The notes: generated by a model from the sequence alone, not told the origin. Shown: positions 1 to 10,676, counted from the first letter of the stretch. The stretch: 64,000 bases of DNA from Candidatus Sericytochromatia bacterium (GCA_040400605.1 JBBAPZ010000001.1:83290-147289); one strand, 5' to 3'. A program made the numbers and translations.

Positions 1-1210
1 CTTGAATCTCAAGTAAGACACGCTCTTGCGCCTGGGTGAGCCGAAAAGGCAATAACTCTTTAAGCCGCAATACCCGTTCTCCCACCGTGGGCAGCCGCAA
101 TGCCTCACAGCGTGCCTGCGCCTGCGCCCGCTTGTAGGCCAATCCCAATTGCATCCACAGCAATTCATCAAAAGCCAGTCGGGTACGCGCCAGATCTTTC
201 AGCTCCAAACTGGTGGGAAAATGAATCAGCTCCAAGGCTTGCCGCAGAGGAACCAACTGCAAAGTCTCCCGGGTCGCAGCAGGCAAAGCGTCCCGCACCA
301 ACGGCAAAAAGCGATCCAGCGCGCCACGCAACGCCTGACGCACACTATTCGCGCTCAGCCCCTCCGTGAGATCATAAACGGGCACCAAACGCCCCACATG
401 CAAAGACGTGCCGCCCGATTCGTCCAACCCGCCCAATACTTCTGTCGCTGGACGGTCAAACACGATGCGCCCTGAAAAACTGTCGCGTTTGGGTTCGCCA
501 CTCAACAGCACCGACTGGCCCACCGGAAAGCGCGCCTTTTGGCGATCCAGCGCCACCTTGTTTCCCCGCTTGCCAAACCAGCGCGCTGCAACCGTTCCAG
601 TGCCATCCGTCAACCAAACGGTTAAAATGCTCATTTGGGCTTGACGGGGCGGGTTATACGCATCCACACGTTTGATCGTGCCCCAGATGGTGACCCGCAC
701 ACCTGCGCGAAGGTCACGAATGCGCACCCGTTGGCTGAAATCCAGGTAGGTTCGTGGATAATAACGCAACAAATCATCCACCGTGCGCACATTCAGGCGT
801 GCCAGACGTTCGGCCGTCTTTGGGCCCACGCCTGCGATCGCACCACCTGAACCCTTGCTGATGGCAAGTGGGCGATCGCGCCAATCCATGACGTCATCAC
901 GCGCAGGCTCATCCGTTTCGGAACTTGCCACCGTCAGCGACGCGATCCGTTCATTGAGCCACAAGTGCAAGGCTTGCACCGCTGCTGCGCGTTCAGTCAG
1001 ATTCAGGCTGCCGTATACGCGAAACTGCAACAGCAAGGACTCGGCACCGGGTAGGCCTCCTTGGAGCGCTTTTCCGAGTTCAGCAATCACAAAATCAGCG
1101 AAATGCGCCTGCTTGCCCTTTAGATTGGGGTAATGATGCCGGGCTTCGATACTCAGCGCGCGACGAAGGGTCTCATAATCAGGCGACGGTTGCGCAGGCA
1201 GCTTCGGCAA
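1..1210 (-). CDS. recG: ATP-dependent DNA helicase RecG, 5' part (runs off the window start)
   Basis: Not in the ORF track; translated by hand on the minus strand: PDYETLRRALSIEARHHYPNLKGKQAHFADF...IAGVGPKTAERLARLNVRTVDDLLRYYPRTYLD...LTQAQERVLLEIQ. These match RecG N-terminal, wedge and Q-motif segments. The TTG start at 1210 is tentative and overlaps the mnmA end. Confidence 0.9.
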   Translation of the reverse strand, partial: MPKLPAQPSPDYETLRRALSIEARHHYPNLKGKQAHFADFVIAELGKALQGGLPGAESLLLQFRVYGSLNLTERAAAVQALHLWLNERIASLTVASSETDEPARDDVMDWRDRPLAISKGSGGAIAGVGPKTAERLARLNVRTVDDLLRYYPRTYLDFSQRVRIRDLRAGVRVTIWGTIKRVDAYNPPRQAQMSILTVWLTDGTGTVAARWFGKRGNKVALDRQKARFPVGQSVLLSGEPKRDSFSGRIVFDRPATEVLGGLDESGGTSLHVGRLVPVYDLTEGLSANSVRQALRGALDRFLPLVRDALPAATRETLQLVPLRQALELIHFPTSLELKDLARTRLAFDELLWMQLGLAYKRAQAQARCEALRLPTVGERVLRLKELLPFRLTQAQERVLLEIQ

Positions 1211-2288
1211 CGCGACCGCTTTCTTTCGCAATCAACCCCCCACCCAATACCAGATCATCACGATACATCACCGCGACCTGCCCGGGTGTGATGGCATGCT
1301 GCGGTTCAAAAAAACGAACCAAGACACGATCGGGCGAATGACCACCCTCATCCTGCAATGCTTCAACAATGGCGCGCGCGGCCCGCGACTTGTAGCGAAT
1401 CTTGACCTCGGCTTCGATCGGTTCGTCGGGCCGCGCAATCGACACCCAATTCACGTTGTTAACCACCAACGTCGTGCCCATGGTGGCTTCACGCGGTCCG
1501 ACAATCACCCGGTTGTTGTCCGGATCGATACGAATCACATACAGGGGCGCTGCGTGGGCGATGCCGAGCCCGCGTCGCTGTCCAACGGTATAGTTGACGA
1601 TGCCTTCGTGACGCCCTAACACGTGGCCGTTGAGATCGACAATATCGCCTGGAACGATCCTTGAACCCAATTGCTCACGCAAAAAGCCTTGCGGATCCTC
1701 GCTGAAACACAAATCCTGGCTTTCCGGTTTTTCCGCCACAACAAAACCCAGGTCCCGGGCGATCGCCCGAACGGCAGGCTTTTCCATCTCCCCAACCGGG
1801 AAAATGCACCGCGCCAACTGCGCCTGCTTCAACCCGTAGAGCATGTACGTCTGATCCTTGTTGTGATCCAGCGCCATCCGCAACTCATAACGGCCAGATG
1901 CCTCACTAAAATTCACCCGCGCATAATGGCCCGTCGCGACGTGCTCCACCCCGAATTTGTGTTGCGCCATCTCAAACAATTCCAAAAACTTGAAATCACT
2001 GTTGCAAATGGCACAGGGATTGGGCGTCAAACCTTGCAGATACGATTCCGTGAAATTATCGACCACCTTCTTCTGAAAGGTCTCAACAAAGTCAAAGCGA
2101 TGAAAGGGTATCGCCAATTGTTCGGCCACATCTTTGGCATCACGCATCGCCTCATTGTTGCAACAACGCGAATTTGGCCAGATAACCATCGAAATGCCGA
2201 CAGCTTCATAACCATCTTGGCTCAACAAATACGCGGCAACGCTGCTGTCGACACCGCCACTCATCGCCATCGCTACCCGTTTAGTCAT
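1179..2288 (-). CDS. mnmA: tRNA 2-thiouridine(34) synthase
   Basis: AMSGGVDSSVAA PP-loop, TPNPC, ATGHYA, KDQTY, YTVGQRRGLG and ITPGQ motifs. Start taken at MTKRV. Confidence 0.97.
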   Translation of the reverse strand: MTKRVAMAMSGGVDSSVAAYLLSQDGYEAVGISMVIWPNSRCCNNEAMRDAKDVAEQLAIPFHRFDFVETFQKKVVDNFTESYLQGLTPNPCAICNSDFKFLELFEMAQHKFGVEHVATGHYARVNFSEASGRYELRMALDHNKDQTYMLYGLKQAQLARCIFPVGEMEKPAVRAIARDLGFVVAEKPESQDLCFSEDPQGFLREQLGSRIVPGDIVDLNGHVLGRHEGIVNYTVGQRRGLGIAHAAPLYVIRIDPDNNRVIVGPREATMGTTLVVNNVNWVSIARPDEPIEAEVKIRYKSRAARAIVEALQDEGGHSPDRVLVRFFEPQHAITPGQVAVMYRDDLVLGGGLIAKESGRVAEAACATVA

Positions 2289-2514
2289 GAATGCGAACCC
2301 CTTCTGCTTGGCTTGACGCCACACGATTGATCAATCTTAACGTGGATCGTGCCGGATGAAAAGCCTCCCAAATGCAGCAGTGGTGCCCAAAAAGCCCCTT
2401 AACCAGCGTCGTCGACGGGTGGGGTTCCAACCCTTGCAAAAGTGCCCTTGGCACGGTGTGTCTTCGCGATCGGCTGACCGGAACCTCGATGCACGCATTG
2501 CCACACCAAGTCGG

Positions 2515-4812
2515 TCACTCAATCTGGCCAAGCGCCTGACAGCGTTGGTTACGGGATACCCGCCAGTTAGTGTGGCGATCGCCCACGCCAAAATGACGCC
2601 CATCCGTTTCAATCAACACGGCACCATCCTCATCCGTGCGCTTCACGGCACACTTCAGCCGTGTCAGACGTGCCAGCACCGCGGAATGAGGATGCCCAAA
2701 GCGATTGCTCGCCCCAACACTGATGATGGCCACCGATGGCTTTAGCGCCTTTAAAAACCCCTCCCCCGAGCTCGTTTTACTGCCATGGTGCCCCACTTTC
2801 AGCACATCCACCGGGCGCAGTGTGCCCTGACGGATTAAACGCGCCTCCCCTTCGCGCTCAAGGTCCCCGGTCAACAAGGCGCGAAAACTTCCATATTCCG
2901 CCTCAACGACCAATGAACCATCATTGCTGGTTCGTGCGGACGGCGGGTGCGACAAGACCCGCAAACAGAGCCCGTCACGTTGCCAAAGATAATGTGGCGG
3001 GGGCAGGTAAAAAGGCACGCCGCGTAATAGCCAGTTTTGCAGCAGCAACTGTTGCGTATCGTCATTACTGGCCTGTCTGGCTTCCCACGCGGCTTCGATT
3101 GGCAACGCCGCACTCAAGGCACCCAGGCCGCCTGTGTGGTCTTTGTGCGCGTGTGTTGCAACCACCAATGCGATGCTGCGACACCTTTGCTGACGCAGAT
3201 ACGGCAGCACGATGTTTTTTCCCGCATCGTACCCGTCACCTTTGGGCCCACCATCCATGACAACCCACTCACCGTGTGGGGTTTCCAGTGCCAGGGCGTC
3301 ACCTTGTCCAACCGCCAGCACGTGTATCCGTAGCACGGGTGGATTGGGCGGCAGCCACGCAAGCCCATACCCGACGGCAGCGATGGTGCAACCAACCAGG
3401 CGCGCGTGCCCCTTAGCCAAAAAAGCCAGATACAGCCATGCCACGGTGGCGCCACTGAGACCCTGTATGGTGATCAATTGCCACGCTTGTTGTGCGCCCA
3501 GCCTGACCACGCCGATGAACGCCACGAGCACCCAATGGCTCACAACATTCAATGCGCCTGCAAGCAGGATACTGACATTGCCCAGTGCCGTCACAATAAA
3601 GCCCCATGGAGTGACAAGCCCGATGAGCGGTGCAACCAACCAGTTGATGGGCAAGGCAAGCAAGCTGAGATTGCCAAATAACAACGCCTGCCAAGGCGTG
3701 ACCCACAGCCACGCGCAAAAGGGGGTCAAGAAAATCGTCAGCCAACCAGGAGACGCGCGCCCGCGTTGCCACACCGCCAACCTTAACAAGCCATAAGTTG
3801 CAAGGACGCTGAACTGAAATCCCAAATCCTGAAGTGTCAACGGATTCCAGATCAGAATCGCTAGCACGCTTGTGTAAAATGCGGCAAATGGCACCGTCAA
3901 TCGGTTTGTGCCCAATGCAAACAGCGCAATGCCACCCATCAAGGTCGAGCGCACCATGCTGGCTGGCGCACCTGTCAACAACAGATAAACCGTCAACACC
4001 AGCAGACCCACAAGCACCCGCGACACCGGCGGGATTCTTAAGCGGGCCCCGCACCACCAGACGCTCGCAGCCAGCAAGCCAACCTGGGTGCCACTGGCTG
4101 CCAATGCGTGCGACAAGCCTGTGCTGCGAAAGTCCTCCGCGAGGTCGTCGGGTACGGCAATTGCGCCAGAACCCAGGATGAGTGAACCAAACAGTGCCGC
4201 TTCGTGGGATGGCAAGCCGGCCCCGATGATTGGTTGCAGGTGCACGCGCAGTTGATCGATTCTCCGCAAAACGCCCCATCCGGGTTCGACTCCGCTGTGA
4301 CGAGCCTCGCGCGCGTGAAGCGTACAATAGAGGCCCTGGCGTGCGAGGTAGGCGGCATAATCAAACGCCCCAGGGTTCATGGCAGGTTGTGGACGATTCA
4401 GGCTGCCGCTAACCGTGAAGCGATCGCCAACCATTGGCGGCTTGCCACCCGGAAACTGAACCCGCACGTATCCGGTCACCACACCCACGCGGCGTGCGGC
4501 GACACCGAGCACCCGCGCGTGGGTGACCCATTGTTCACCCTTTGCCGCCGCCGCAGTGGTTACAACCACTTGCATGGTGACATAGCGCCTGGGTGCGAAC
4601 CGCGCAACATCCGTTACAGGCTCTCGCGGTTGATTCACGCCCGTCCACCATGCGGCAAGCGCGATGGCTGTCAGGCCCCAATGCCATCCGCGCAGAGAAA
4701 CCCCGGTTGCAAGCCATACCGCGAGCAAGGGTAAGCACTCCCAGCCAATTTGCTGGCCGTACAAGCGTAAGTAAATGCCCAACGCCACACTTTGGGTCAC
4801 AAACGCTAACAT
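2515..4812 (-). CDS. comEC: DNA uptake channel ComEC/Rec2 (OB domain + competence domain + metallo-beta-lactamase fold)
   Basis: NPGAFDYAAYL, GLSHALAASG, LGFQFS, VGQGDA, THAHKDHTGG, LKVGHHGS and NRFGHPH motifs. Confidence 0.95.
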   Translation of the reverse strand: MLAFVTQSVALGIYLRLYGQQIGWECLPLLAVWLATGVSLRGWHWGLTAIALAAWWTGVNQPREPVTDVARFAPRRYVTMQVVVTTAAAAKGEQWVTHARVLGVAARRVGVVTGYVRVQFPGGKPPMVGDRFTVSGSLNRPQPAMNPGAFDYAAYLARQGLYCTLHAREARHSGVEPGWGVLRRIDQLRVHLQPIIGAGLPSHEAALFGSLILGSGAIAVPDDLAEDFRSTGLSHALAASGTQVGLLAASVWWCGARLRIPPVSRVLVGLLVLTVYLLLTGAPASMVRSTLMGGIALFALGTNRLTVPFAAFYTSVLAILIWNPLTLQDLGFQFSVLATYGLLRLAVWQRGRASPGWLTIFLTPFCAWLWVTPWQALLFGNLSLLALPINWLVAPLIGLVTPWGFIVTALGNVSILLAGALNVVSHWVLVAFIGVVRLGAQQAWQLITIQGLSGATVAWLYLAFLAKGHARLVGCTIAAVGYGLAWLPPNPPVLRIHVLAVGQGDALALETPHGEWVVMDGGPKGDGYDAGKNIVLPYLRQQRCRSIALVVATHAHKDHTGGLGALSAALPIEAAWEARQASNDDTQQLLLQNWLLRGVPFYLPPPHYLWQRDGLCLRVLSHPPSARTSNDGSLVVEAEYGSFRALLTGDLEREGEARLIRQGTLRPVDVLKVGHHGSKTSSGEGFLKALKPSVAIISVGASNRFGHPHSAVLARLTRLKCAVKRTDEDGAVLIETDGRHFGVGDRHTNWRVSRNQRCQALGQIE

Positions 4813-4820
4813 GGCAATGG

Positions 4821-5378
4821 CTAGACCGTGAGCATCGGGCGCAAACGCTGCAGCCGCTTGGGACCAATGCCTGGCACTTCCTGCAGCTCATCGATCGATG
4901 AAAACCCACCGAGTTTTTGTCGGATCGCCATAATACGCCTGGCCATGTTTGGGCCGATGCCAGGCAACTGCTGGAGTACATCTGGCGACGCCTGGTTGAG
5001 GTTGATTTTGGCACCGGGCACCCCGCGTCTGCGATTGCCTCGACGTGCCTTGGTTGGTTTTGAGCGCACGTGGGGACTGACGCCCGTCAAACCCGCCGGC
5101 GCCGCACCGCGAATGGGGATGTAACAGCGTTCACCATCTTCGAGACGGCGAGCGAGGTTCATGGCTTGCAAGTCGGCGTTTCCGCGCGGGCCGCCCGCGC
5201 GTTGAATGAGTTCAGCGACCCTTGAGCCTGCACTTAAGCGATAAAGCCCGGGACGCGTCACGGCGCCTGTGGCTTGCACTTGAACGTGGGTTTCCGTGAT
5301 TGCACACGCGGCAAACGCTGCAGATGCAGGTGCCAATGACCCCCAAATTGCCACCATGACGCGAATCAGCAACACCAT
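4821..5378 (-). CDS. comEA: ComEA DNA-binding competence protein (SLBB + helix-hairpin-helix)
   Basis: GAVTRPGLY and NLARRLEDGE (SLBB); KINLNQA, LPGIGP and VPGIGPK (HhH); adjacent to comEC. ATG at 5378 follows GAGGGAGG. Confidence 0.93.
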   Translation of the reverse strand: MVLLIRVMVAIWGSLAPASAAFAACAITETHVQVQATGAVTRPGLYRLSAGSRVAELIQRAGGPRGNADLQAMNLARRLEDGERCYIPIRGAAPAGLTGVSPHVRSKPTKARRGNRRRGVPGAKINLNQASPDVLQQLPGIGPNMARRIMAIRQKLGGFSSIDELQEVPGIGPKRLQRLRPMLTV

Positions 5379-5566
5379 CTCACAACCCTCCCTTTCAATG
5401 ACGCCGACGTCATTTTCTTCGAGGGTGCGTAAGGTCTGGTTGCGCCAATTGGCGCGTGCCCGTTGCGAACGGCTCCCTGACACGCGACGGGAGCCTGCGA
5501 TGCTAAAACGCGTTGATTGGGCGAGAGCCTGACATCGTTGGGCGGGCGAGCTTTGGGGTGGTCTTT

Positions 5567-6859
5567 TTAGCCGTGGTGACTTTCATCAAGTGAATCCAGC
5601 CACAACGCCAGATGCATCAGGGTGGGGGCAGGTTCTGCTTGTCTGAGGCCGCGGCCAATCTGCATCAAACACGGGGGATTGGCGGTCAAGACGATGCTCG
5701 CTTGGGTCGCTTGGATGTGTTGCAGTTTGTGTGTGAGCAACTTGTCGGAACGCTCGGCCTGCAACAGGGTGTAACTGCCCGCGCCCCCGCAGCACCAGTC
5801 GGCTTCGACCAATTCGACAAATTCCACGTTCGGCACTTGGCGAATGATCGCGCGGGGCGCTTCTTTGACCTTGAGGCCGTGCACCAAATGACAGGGATCG
5901 TGCCATGTCACCCGAACAGGCGGCTGGTTTGGGGCAGCCGTCGGCCACTGGATGTCACTTTGAGCGATTAGCGATGAAAAATCAACGACTTTGGCGGTGA
6001 ATTGCCGGGCACGTTCGGCCCACTCGGGGTCATCCGCCAACAAGCTGGCGTATTCGTGCAAGGTGGCGCTGCAGCCACCGGAATGACTGACGATATGGTC
6101 GAGCGGAAAACGTTTCAGAACCGCAAGGTTGTCCCGGGCCAGCGCGCGCGCGCCTTGGCGATCGCCATCGTGTAAATGGATCGCACCGCAGCAACCCTGC
6201 ATCGGGGGCACCCACACCCGAAAGCCAGCCTTAGACAATACCCGCACGGTCGCTGCATCCACATCCCCAAAAAAAACAGGCATCGCACAGCCGTTCATCA
6301 GTGCAACAGTTCCTTTTTCGACACCTTGGGCCGGTGTCCATTCAGGCACAGGCACGCGCTTAGGCTTTGGTGGCAGCAATTCGAGCAGTCTTTTGGCCAC
6401 CTCTGGCAGCCAAGCGGCCGCAAAGCCTCGTTTAACCAACACGCGCGCGGCCCATAAACCGGGCAAAACAGCCACTTTTAGCCGGTTGCGGTACGGCAGG
6501 ATGTGACGCAAAAGCGATCGCCAAAATAACCGACGTGCACCGGGCGGCCGTTGGGGTTCAACAAAACGTTCCCGTGCCATTTCAAGTAACGTGCCATACT
6601 GCACCCCGGCGGGGCACGCCGTTTCACACGCCCGACAGCCGACACAACTGTCCAACTGTGCCGTGGTGCCATCATTGGGGTCCAGTCGACCTTCCGCCAA
6701 GGCCCGTATGCCATAGATCCGCCCACGGGGCGATTCTCCTTCTTTCAGCGATTCGCGGTAGGTCGGACAATGCTCCAAACAGAGTCCACAGTGAATGCAA
6801 TCATCATATAGATTGGCAAGGCCAGCCAACGCTGCTGGCGTGTCATCGGTGTCACGCAC
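5567..6859 (-). CDS. glcF: Glycolate oxidase-type Fe-S subunit
   Basis: Two CxxCxxCxxxCP ferredoxin motifs, ESPRGR, and two CCG domains (CCGA, HDPCHL, CCGGAG). Confidence 0.92.
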   Translation of the reverse strand: MRDTDDTPAALAGLANLYDDCIHCGLCLEHCPTYRESLKEGESPRGRIYGIRALAEGRLDPNDGTTAQLDSCVGCRACETACPAGVQYGTLLEMARERFVEPQRPPGARRLFWRSLLRHILPYRNRLKVAVLPGLWAARVLVKRGFAAAWLPEVAKRLLELLPPKPKRVPVPEWTPAQGVEKGTVALMNGCAMPVFFGDVDAATVRVLSKAGFRVWVPPMQGCCGAIHLHDGDRQGARALARDNLAVLKRFPLDHIVSHSGGCSATLHEYASLLADDPEWAERARQFTAKVVDFSSLIAQSDIQWPTAAPNQPPVRVTWHDPCHLVHGLKVKEAPRAIIRQVPNVEFVELVEADWCCGGAGSYTLLQAERSDKLLTHKLQHIQATQASIVLTANPPCLMQIGRGLRQAEPAPTLMHLALWLDSLDESHHG

Positions 6860-6864
6860 CCTTT

Positions 6865-8097
6865 TTAACCTCCTGCCGTACGCCCCGGATTGAGCACCAA
6901 TCGCGGATCAAACTGTTGCTTGATTTGCCGCATCAGGCCTTGGGCGGGTTTTGGCTCACCCCATACTGAACCAAGCCCCGATTTCCAGTCTCCGGGTGCA
7001 CGTTCAAGCACCCAGTTGCCGCCAAGATCGCGCGTCATCTGTTTGACCTCGTCAATTCCTGCACGAACGGATTCCAGCCGATTGGCCCGCCACACTGTGC
7101 GAACCACACCCGCACCGACATCAGCCAAAACACCAACAGGACGTGTCGTTGCCATTTGCGTGATCCAATCCGCCAACACCGACACATCACCCGGACGCAC
7201 CATCACTTTCAGAACACCATCACCACGCCGCCGGGCTTGCATTGTTTGCTGGATCACCAAACGTGCATCATCTTGCTCATAATGGTCGATGGCCACGTGA
7301 GGAATGTGACGAGCCAAAGCCAAAACTTGCTCCACCTGCCATTGCGTCGCCTCTTGCACACCGGCAAACCCAACCAGCAACACCCACGGCCCTACACCAA
7401 ACGGTTCATCCCAAGCAGGATCCCCTTTCACGAGACTGAGCACAGCCGGCTCCAAATCGCCCGTTACCAGGGTTTGGGCGATGGTGCGCGCGTTGTCCGC
7501 CTCAAGCAAACCAATCGCGATCAACCGAACAGACGCCGGTTTGGGCTGCAAGCGCACACAGACAGCGCTCAATACACCCAGTGCACCCAAGGAACCGGTA
7601 TAGAGCCTCGGCAAATCATAACCGGCCACGTTTTTAACAACCTGCGCACCGCCTTCGATGCGCCGTCCATCACTGCTTAAGGTTTCACACCACAAAATCG
7701 CATCGCGTGCCGTGCCATAGCGCATGCGCCAAGGGCCTGCTGCACCTGTGGCAATCGCACCACCAAGCGTTGCGCGCTCCGGTTCTTCCGTATCCAATGG
7801 CAAACACTGCCCATGCTTTCCCACAAGTTCGTTGACTTCCGCCAAGGTCACACCCACCTGTGCGGTGAGGGTCAATTCTTCCGGCCGAAAGGCCAACACC
7901 CCTTTCAAGAGGGTCAGGTCCAACGCCACATCATAACGGGTCAGGCGATCGCCCCAATCCTGATGCGTGCCGCCACCCCACGGCACCACCGCCTCGCCGC
8001 GTGCGTGGGCGTGACGCAACACCTCCAGTGCCTCCGCCACCTGTTGGACCTGCACGGCATGAGTTGGCGAACGCCCATCAAGCTGATAATCACGCAT
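6865..8097 (-). CDS. glcE: Glycolate oxidase-type FAD-binding subunit
   Basis: ATLGGAIATG, VVKNVAGYDL, GSLGALG and KQQFDP..LNPGR; lies between glcD and glcF. Confidence 0.9.
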   Translation of the reverse strand: MRDYQLDGRSPTHAVQVQQVAEALEVLRHAHARGEAVVPWGGGTHQDWGDRLTRYDVALDLTLLKGVLAFRPEELTLTAQVGVTLAEVNELVGKHGQCLPLDTEEPERATLGGAIATGAAGPWRMRYGTARDAILWCETLSSDGRRIEGGAQVVKNVAGYDLPRLYTGSLGALGVLSAVCVRLQPKPASVRLIAIGLLEADNARTIAQTLVTGDLEPAVLSLVKGDPAWDEPFGVGPWVLLVGFAGVQEATQWQVEQVLALARHIPHVAIDHYEQDDARLVIQQTMQARRRGDGVLKVMVRPGDVSVLADWITQMATTRPVGVLADVGAGVVRTVWRANRLESVRAGIDEVKQMTRDLGGNWVLERAPGDWKSGLGSVWGEPKPAQGLMRQIKQQFDPRLVLNPGRTAGG

Positions 8098-9520
8098 GAT
8101 TGACAACTTTTCGGGATTGAGGAAACTCGGCGCAACCGCCGCGCAAAGGCACCAGCTTACCGGGATTGAGGCGTTGATTGGGATCGAACACCGCTTTAAT
8201 CAAGGCCATGCAAGCCAGACTATCGGCATCGAACATCCAGGCGATGTAGGCTTCTTTTTCCACACCCACGCCATGCTCTCCGGTGATGCTTCCCCCGGCA
8301 TCCAGGCAGGCCCGCAAAATGGCGGCACTTGCACCATGCACGCGTTGCACCTGGTTTGGGTCCCGTTCATCGAACAAAATGATTGGGTGCAAATTACCAT
8401 CACCCGCATGAAACACGTTGCCGATCAACAACCCGAATTCCTCAGCAATGGCCGCAATCCGACGCAAAACCATCGGCAGCTTGGAACGGGGAATCACCCC
8501 ATCCTGGGTCACTTTACTGGGTGCTAAACGCCCCACCGCGCCGACCGCTTTTTTGCGCGACTGCCACAGCTTGGCACGATCAGCCGCATCTTGCGCTTGC
8601 CGTAACGACGTCGCACCCTGCGCCGTACACAGTGCCTCGATGCGCGCCTGCAACGCATCAAGCCCGACAGCCACCCCATCGACTTCAACCAGCAAAACGG
8701 CACCCGCATCAGCAGGAAAGCCCACCTGAAAAGCGGCTTCGACCGCTTGCATGATCACGGCATCCATCAACTCCAGCGATGATGGCAAAATGCCCGATGC
8801 GATAATCGCGCTGACGGCACTCGACGCTGCGTCAATATCCGGAAAAATCGCCAAGGTCGTTCGAATCGCGGCACTCAGTGGAGTCAGTCGAACCCACGCC
8901 CGCGTGAAAATGCCCAACGTACCTTCGGAACCAATCAACAACGCCAGGAGATCATAACCAACGGGGTCTTCCGTCTCTTCGCCCAACCACACAACCGTCC
9001 CATCTGCCAAAACCACTTCCGCCGCCAACACGTGATTGACCGTAACGCCGTACTTCAAGGTGTGCGGCCCACCCGCATTCTGGGCCAAATTTCCACCGAT
9101 GGTGCAAGCGGACTGCGAACTGGGATCTGGGGCAAACGCCATCCCGTAGGGCTTGAGCGCGTCGTTCAGTGTCAGGTTGACCACGCCAGCATCCACCAAG
9201 GCGCGTCGATTCGGTGCGTCAATGGTCCAGATGCGGCGCATCCGCGTTAACACCACCATGATGCAGCCTGGGGCAGCCAGCGACCCCCCGGATAAACCCG
9301 TGCCCGCTCCGCGAGGCACCACGGGGATGTTGTGAGCGAATGCGAAACCAATCACACGCGCAACGGCTTCGGTGGATTCAGGCAACACCACCACGCGCGG
9401 CACGGCTTTCGCCAGCGTGTAGGCATCGCAATCGTACAGCAACACGTCTTCTTGTCGATGCAAGACGGCATCGACACCCAATATGACTTGGAGTTGCGTG
9501 ACGAGATCAGCAAAGGTCAT
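8090..9520 (-). CDS. glcD: Glycolate oxidase-type FAD-linked subunit
   Basis: RGAGTGLSGG, PDPSS, TIGGN, GSEGTLG, HAGDGNLHP and GEHGVG motifs. Confidence 0.95.
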   Translation of the reverse strand: MTFADLVTQLQVILGVDAVLHRQEDVLLYDCDAYTLAKAVPRVVVLPESTEAVARVIGFAFAHNIPVVPRGAGTGLSGGSLAAPGCIMVVLTRMRRIWTIDAPNRRALVDAGVVNLTLNDALKPYGMAFAPDPSSQSACTIGGNLAQNAGGPHTLKYGVTVNHVLAAEVVLADGTVVWLGEETEDPVGYDLLALLIGSEGTLGIFTRAWVRLTPLSAAIRTTLAIFPDIDAASSAVSAIIASGILPSSLELMDAVIMQAVEAAFQVGFPADAGAVLLVEVDGVAVGLDALQARIEALCTAQGATSLRQAQDAADRAKLWQSRKKAVGAVGRLAPSKVTQDGVIPRSKLPMVLRRIAAIAEEFGLLIGNVFHAGDGNLHPIILFDERDPNQVQRVHGASAAILRACLDAGGSITGEHGVGVEKEAYIAWMFDADSLACMALIKAVFDPNQRLNPGKLVPLRGGCAEFPQSRKVVNHA

Positions 9521-9640
9521 GTTGTCATTCTAGACGGATTGACCCGGCCTTGTAATGGGCTTAGGCCTCTCGCATCGTTGAAATCTAAAAAACAGACCGG
9601 CTTTAGGCGCTTAACAGTTTTTTGAAGATCCGCGGTGACC

Positions 9641-9677
9641 CGTTGTCATCGTGAGCGGCGCGTTCACGATGACAACG
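9641..9677. repeat. Inverted repeat/hairpin with 14-bp perfect arms
   Basis: CGTTGTCATCGTGA (9641-9654) and TCACGATGACAACG (9664-9677). Confidence 0.85.
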
Positions 9678-9749
9678 TCGTAAGATATGGTGTCGCATCG
9701 GTTTTCTTTAGAATATTGTTTCGTTTAAAAGTGGCCGTTGAGCGGACTT

Positions 9750-10152
9750 GCACACAGAACCAAGCGCAGACCATCGACTTGGTGGCTTTCAGCACGGGTG
9801 CTATCGTCAGTCGTTATTACTGCTAATTCTGGGCTGTCTTCGCCGCACGGCCCATCTTGTCACCATCGCCGCGCCCTATCACGGCACCTTGGCCGGTTTC
9901 TTCGTCAAAGGACCGGCACCGCGCGAGATCCGCACCGGCATTCAGTTTATGGCGCAACTCAACGAAGGCGCTGGTATTTTACGGCGCATTCCTTGCACGT
10001 CTTTGTGGGCCCCTTTTGATGGTGTGATCCTGCCTGCGAGTTCGAGCGTGGTACCGTGGGCACACAATCAAACCTTTTGTGCGCCCACACACGCAGACAT
10101 GCTGGGCGATCGCGATGTTCAGGCCTCCGTGGCTGCAGCATTGCGACGCTGA
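9750..10152 (+). pseudogene. Frameshifted, 5'-truncated alpha/beta-hydrolase (lipase/esterase) remnant
   Basis: One frame gives IDLVAFSTGAIVSRYY then a stop at 9826. The adjacent frame continues LGCLRRTAHLVTIAAPYHGT...FDGVILPASSS...THADML. Together these supply the nucleophile elbow, Asp and His. Confidence 0.75.
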
Positions 10153-10596
10153 CACGCGCGAACCAGAGGCATAATCGTGCGTTAAAGTTCGAATCAAACC
10201 CAGTTGTCACCACGGCTGATTGTTCGTTGCACATTCGGTGTATCGATGCGTGCACCACCATGCGGCCCAATCTTTGCGTCATGGATAGGAAACGGTTGTC
10301 TAATTGACTTGATCAGATGCTGCCAGTTCAAGGCGGGATAACCCGGATGCCAATTGTGTATGTTTAAAGTGAGTACCCTTGGCCTGCGAGGTGGAAAACG
10401 GGTTCAGGCACTCACGTGCTGTCACCCAATAAATGATTAACTCAAAAAGCGCTGACATGGTTTCCAGGGCTTTTCGCCCCTAACTGTTGAATACCCGTTG
10501 AAGAGAGTCGACGGGCACGGTTTCTTTGTGCGAACCATCAATTACGCTAAAAAAACATTAACCTTATCTAAGTTTTCGACGATAAGATGTTAAGTT

Positions 10597-10647
10597 TATT
10601 GTTTTGAAGCAAGTTTTAACAGTTTTAAAACATACTTCAAAACAGTA
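10597..10647. promoter_or_regulatory. AT-rich imperfect palindrome upstream of the lipoprotein gene (candidate operator or hairpin)
   Basis: GTTTTGAAG (10601) pairs with CTTCAAAAC (10635-10643); nested GTTTTAA/TTAAAAC; ends about 30 nt before the ATG. Confidence 0.5.
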
Positions 10648-10676
10648 TCGCGTCCATCAACATTAAGGATTGAATT

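Noticed and set aside
100..1133. Several plus-strand ORFs in the track
   Set aside because: They are antisense shadows of recG, which the track missed because it runs off the window edge.
3413..4327. Long alternative-frame ORFs (also 22900..23694, 36480..37361, 44813..45655, 56660..57523)
   Set aside because: They overlap well-supported genes, have no recognisable motifs and are expected in GC-rich coding DNA.
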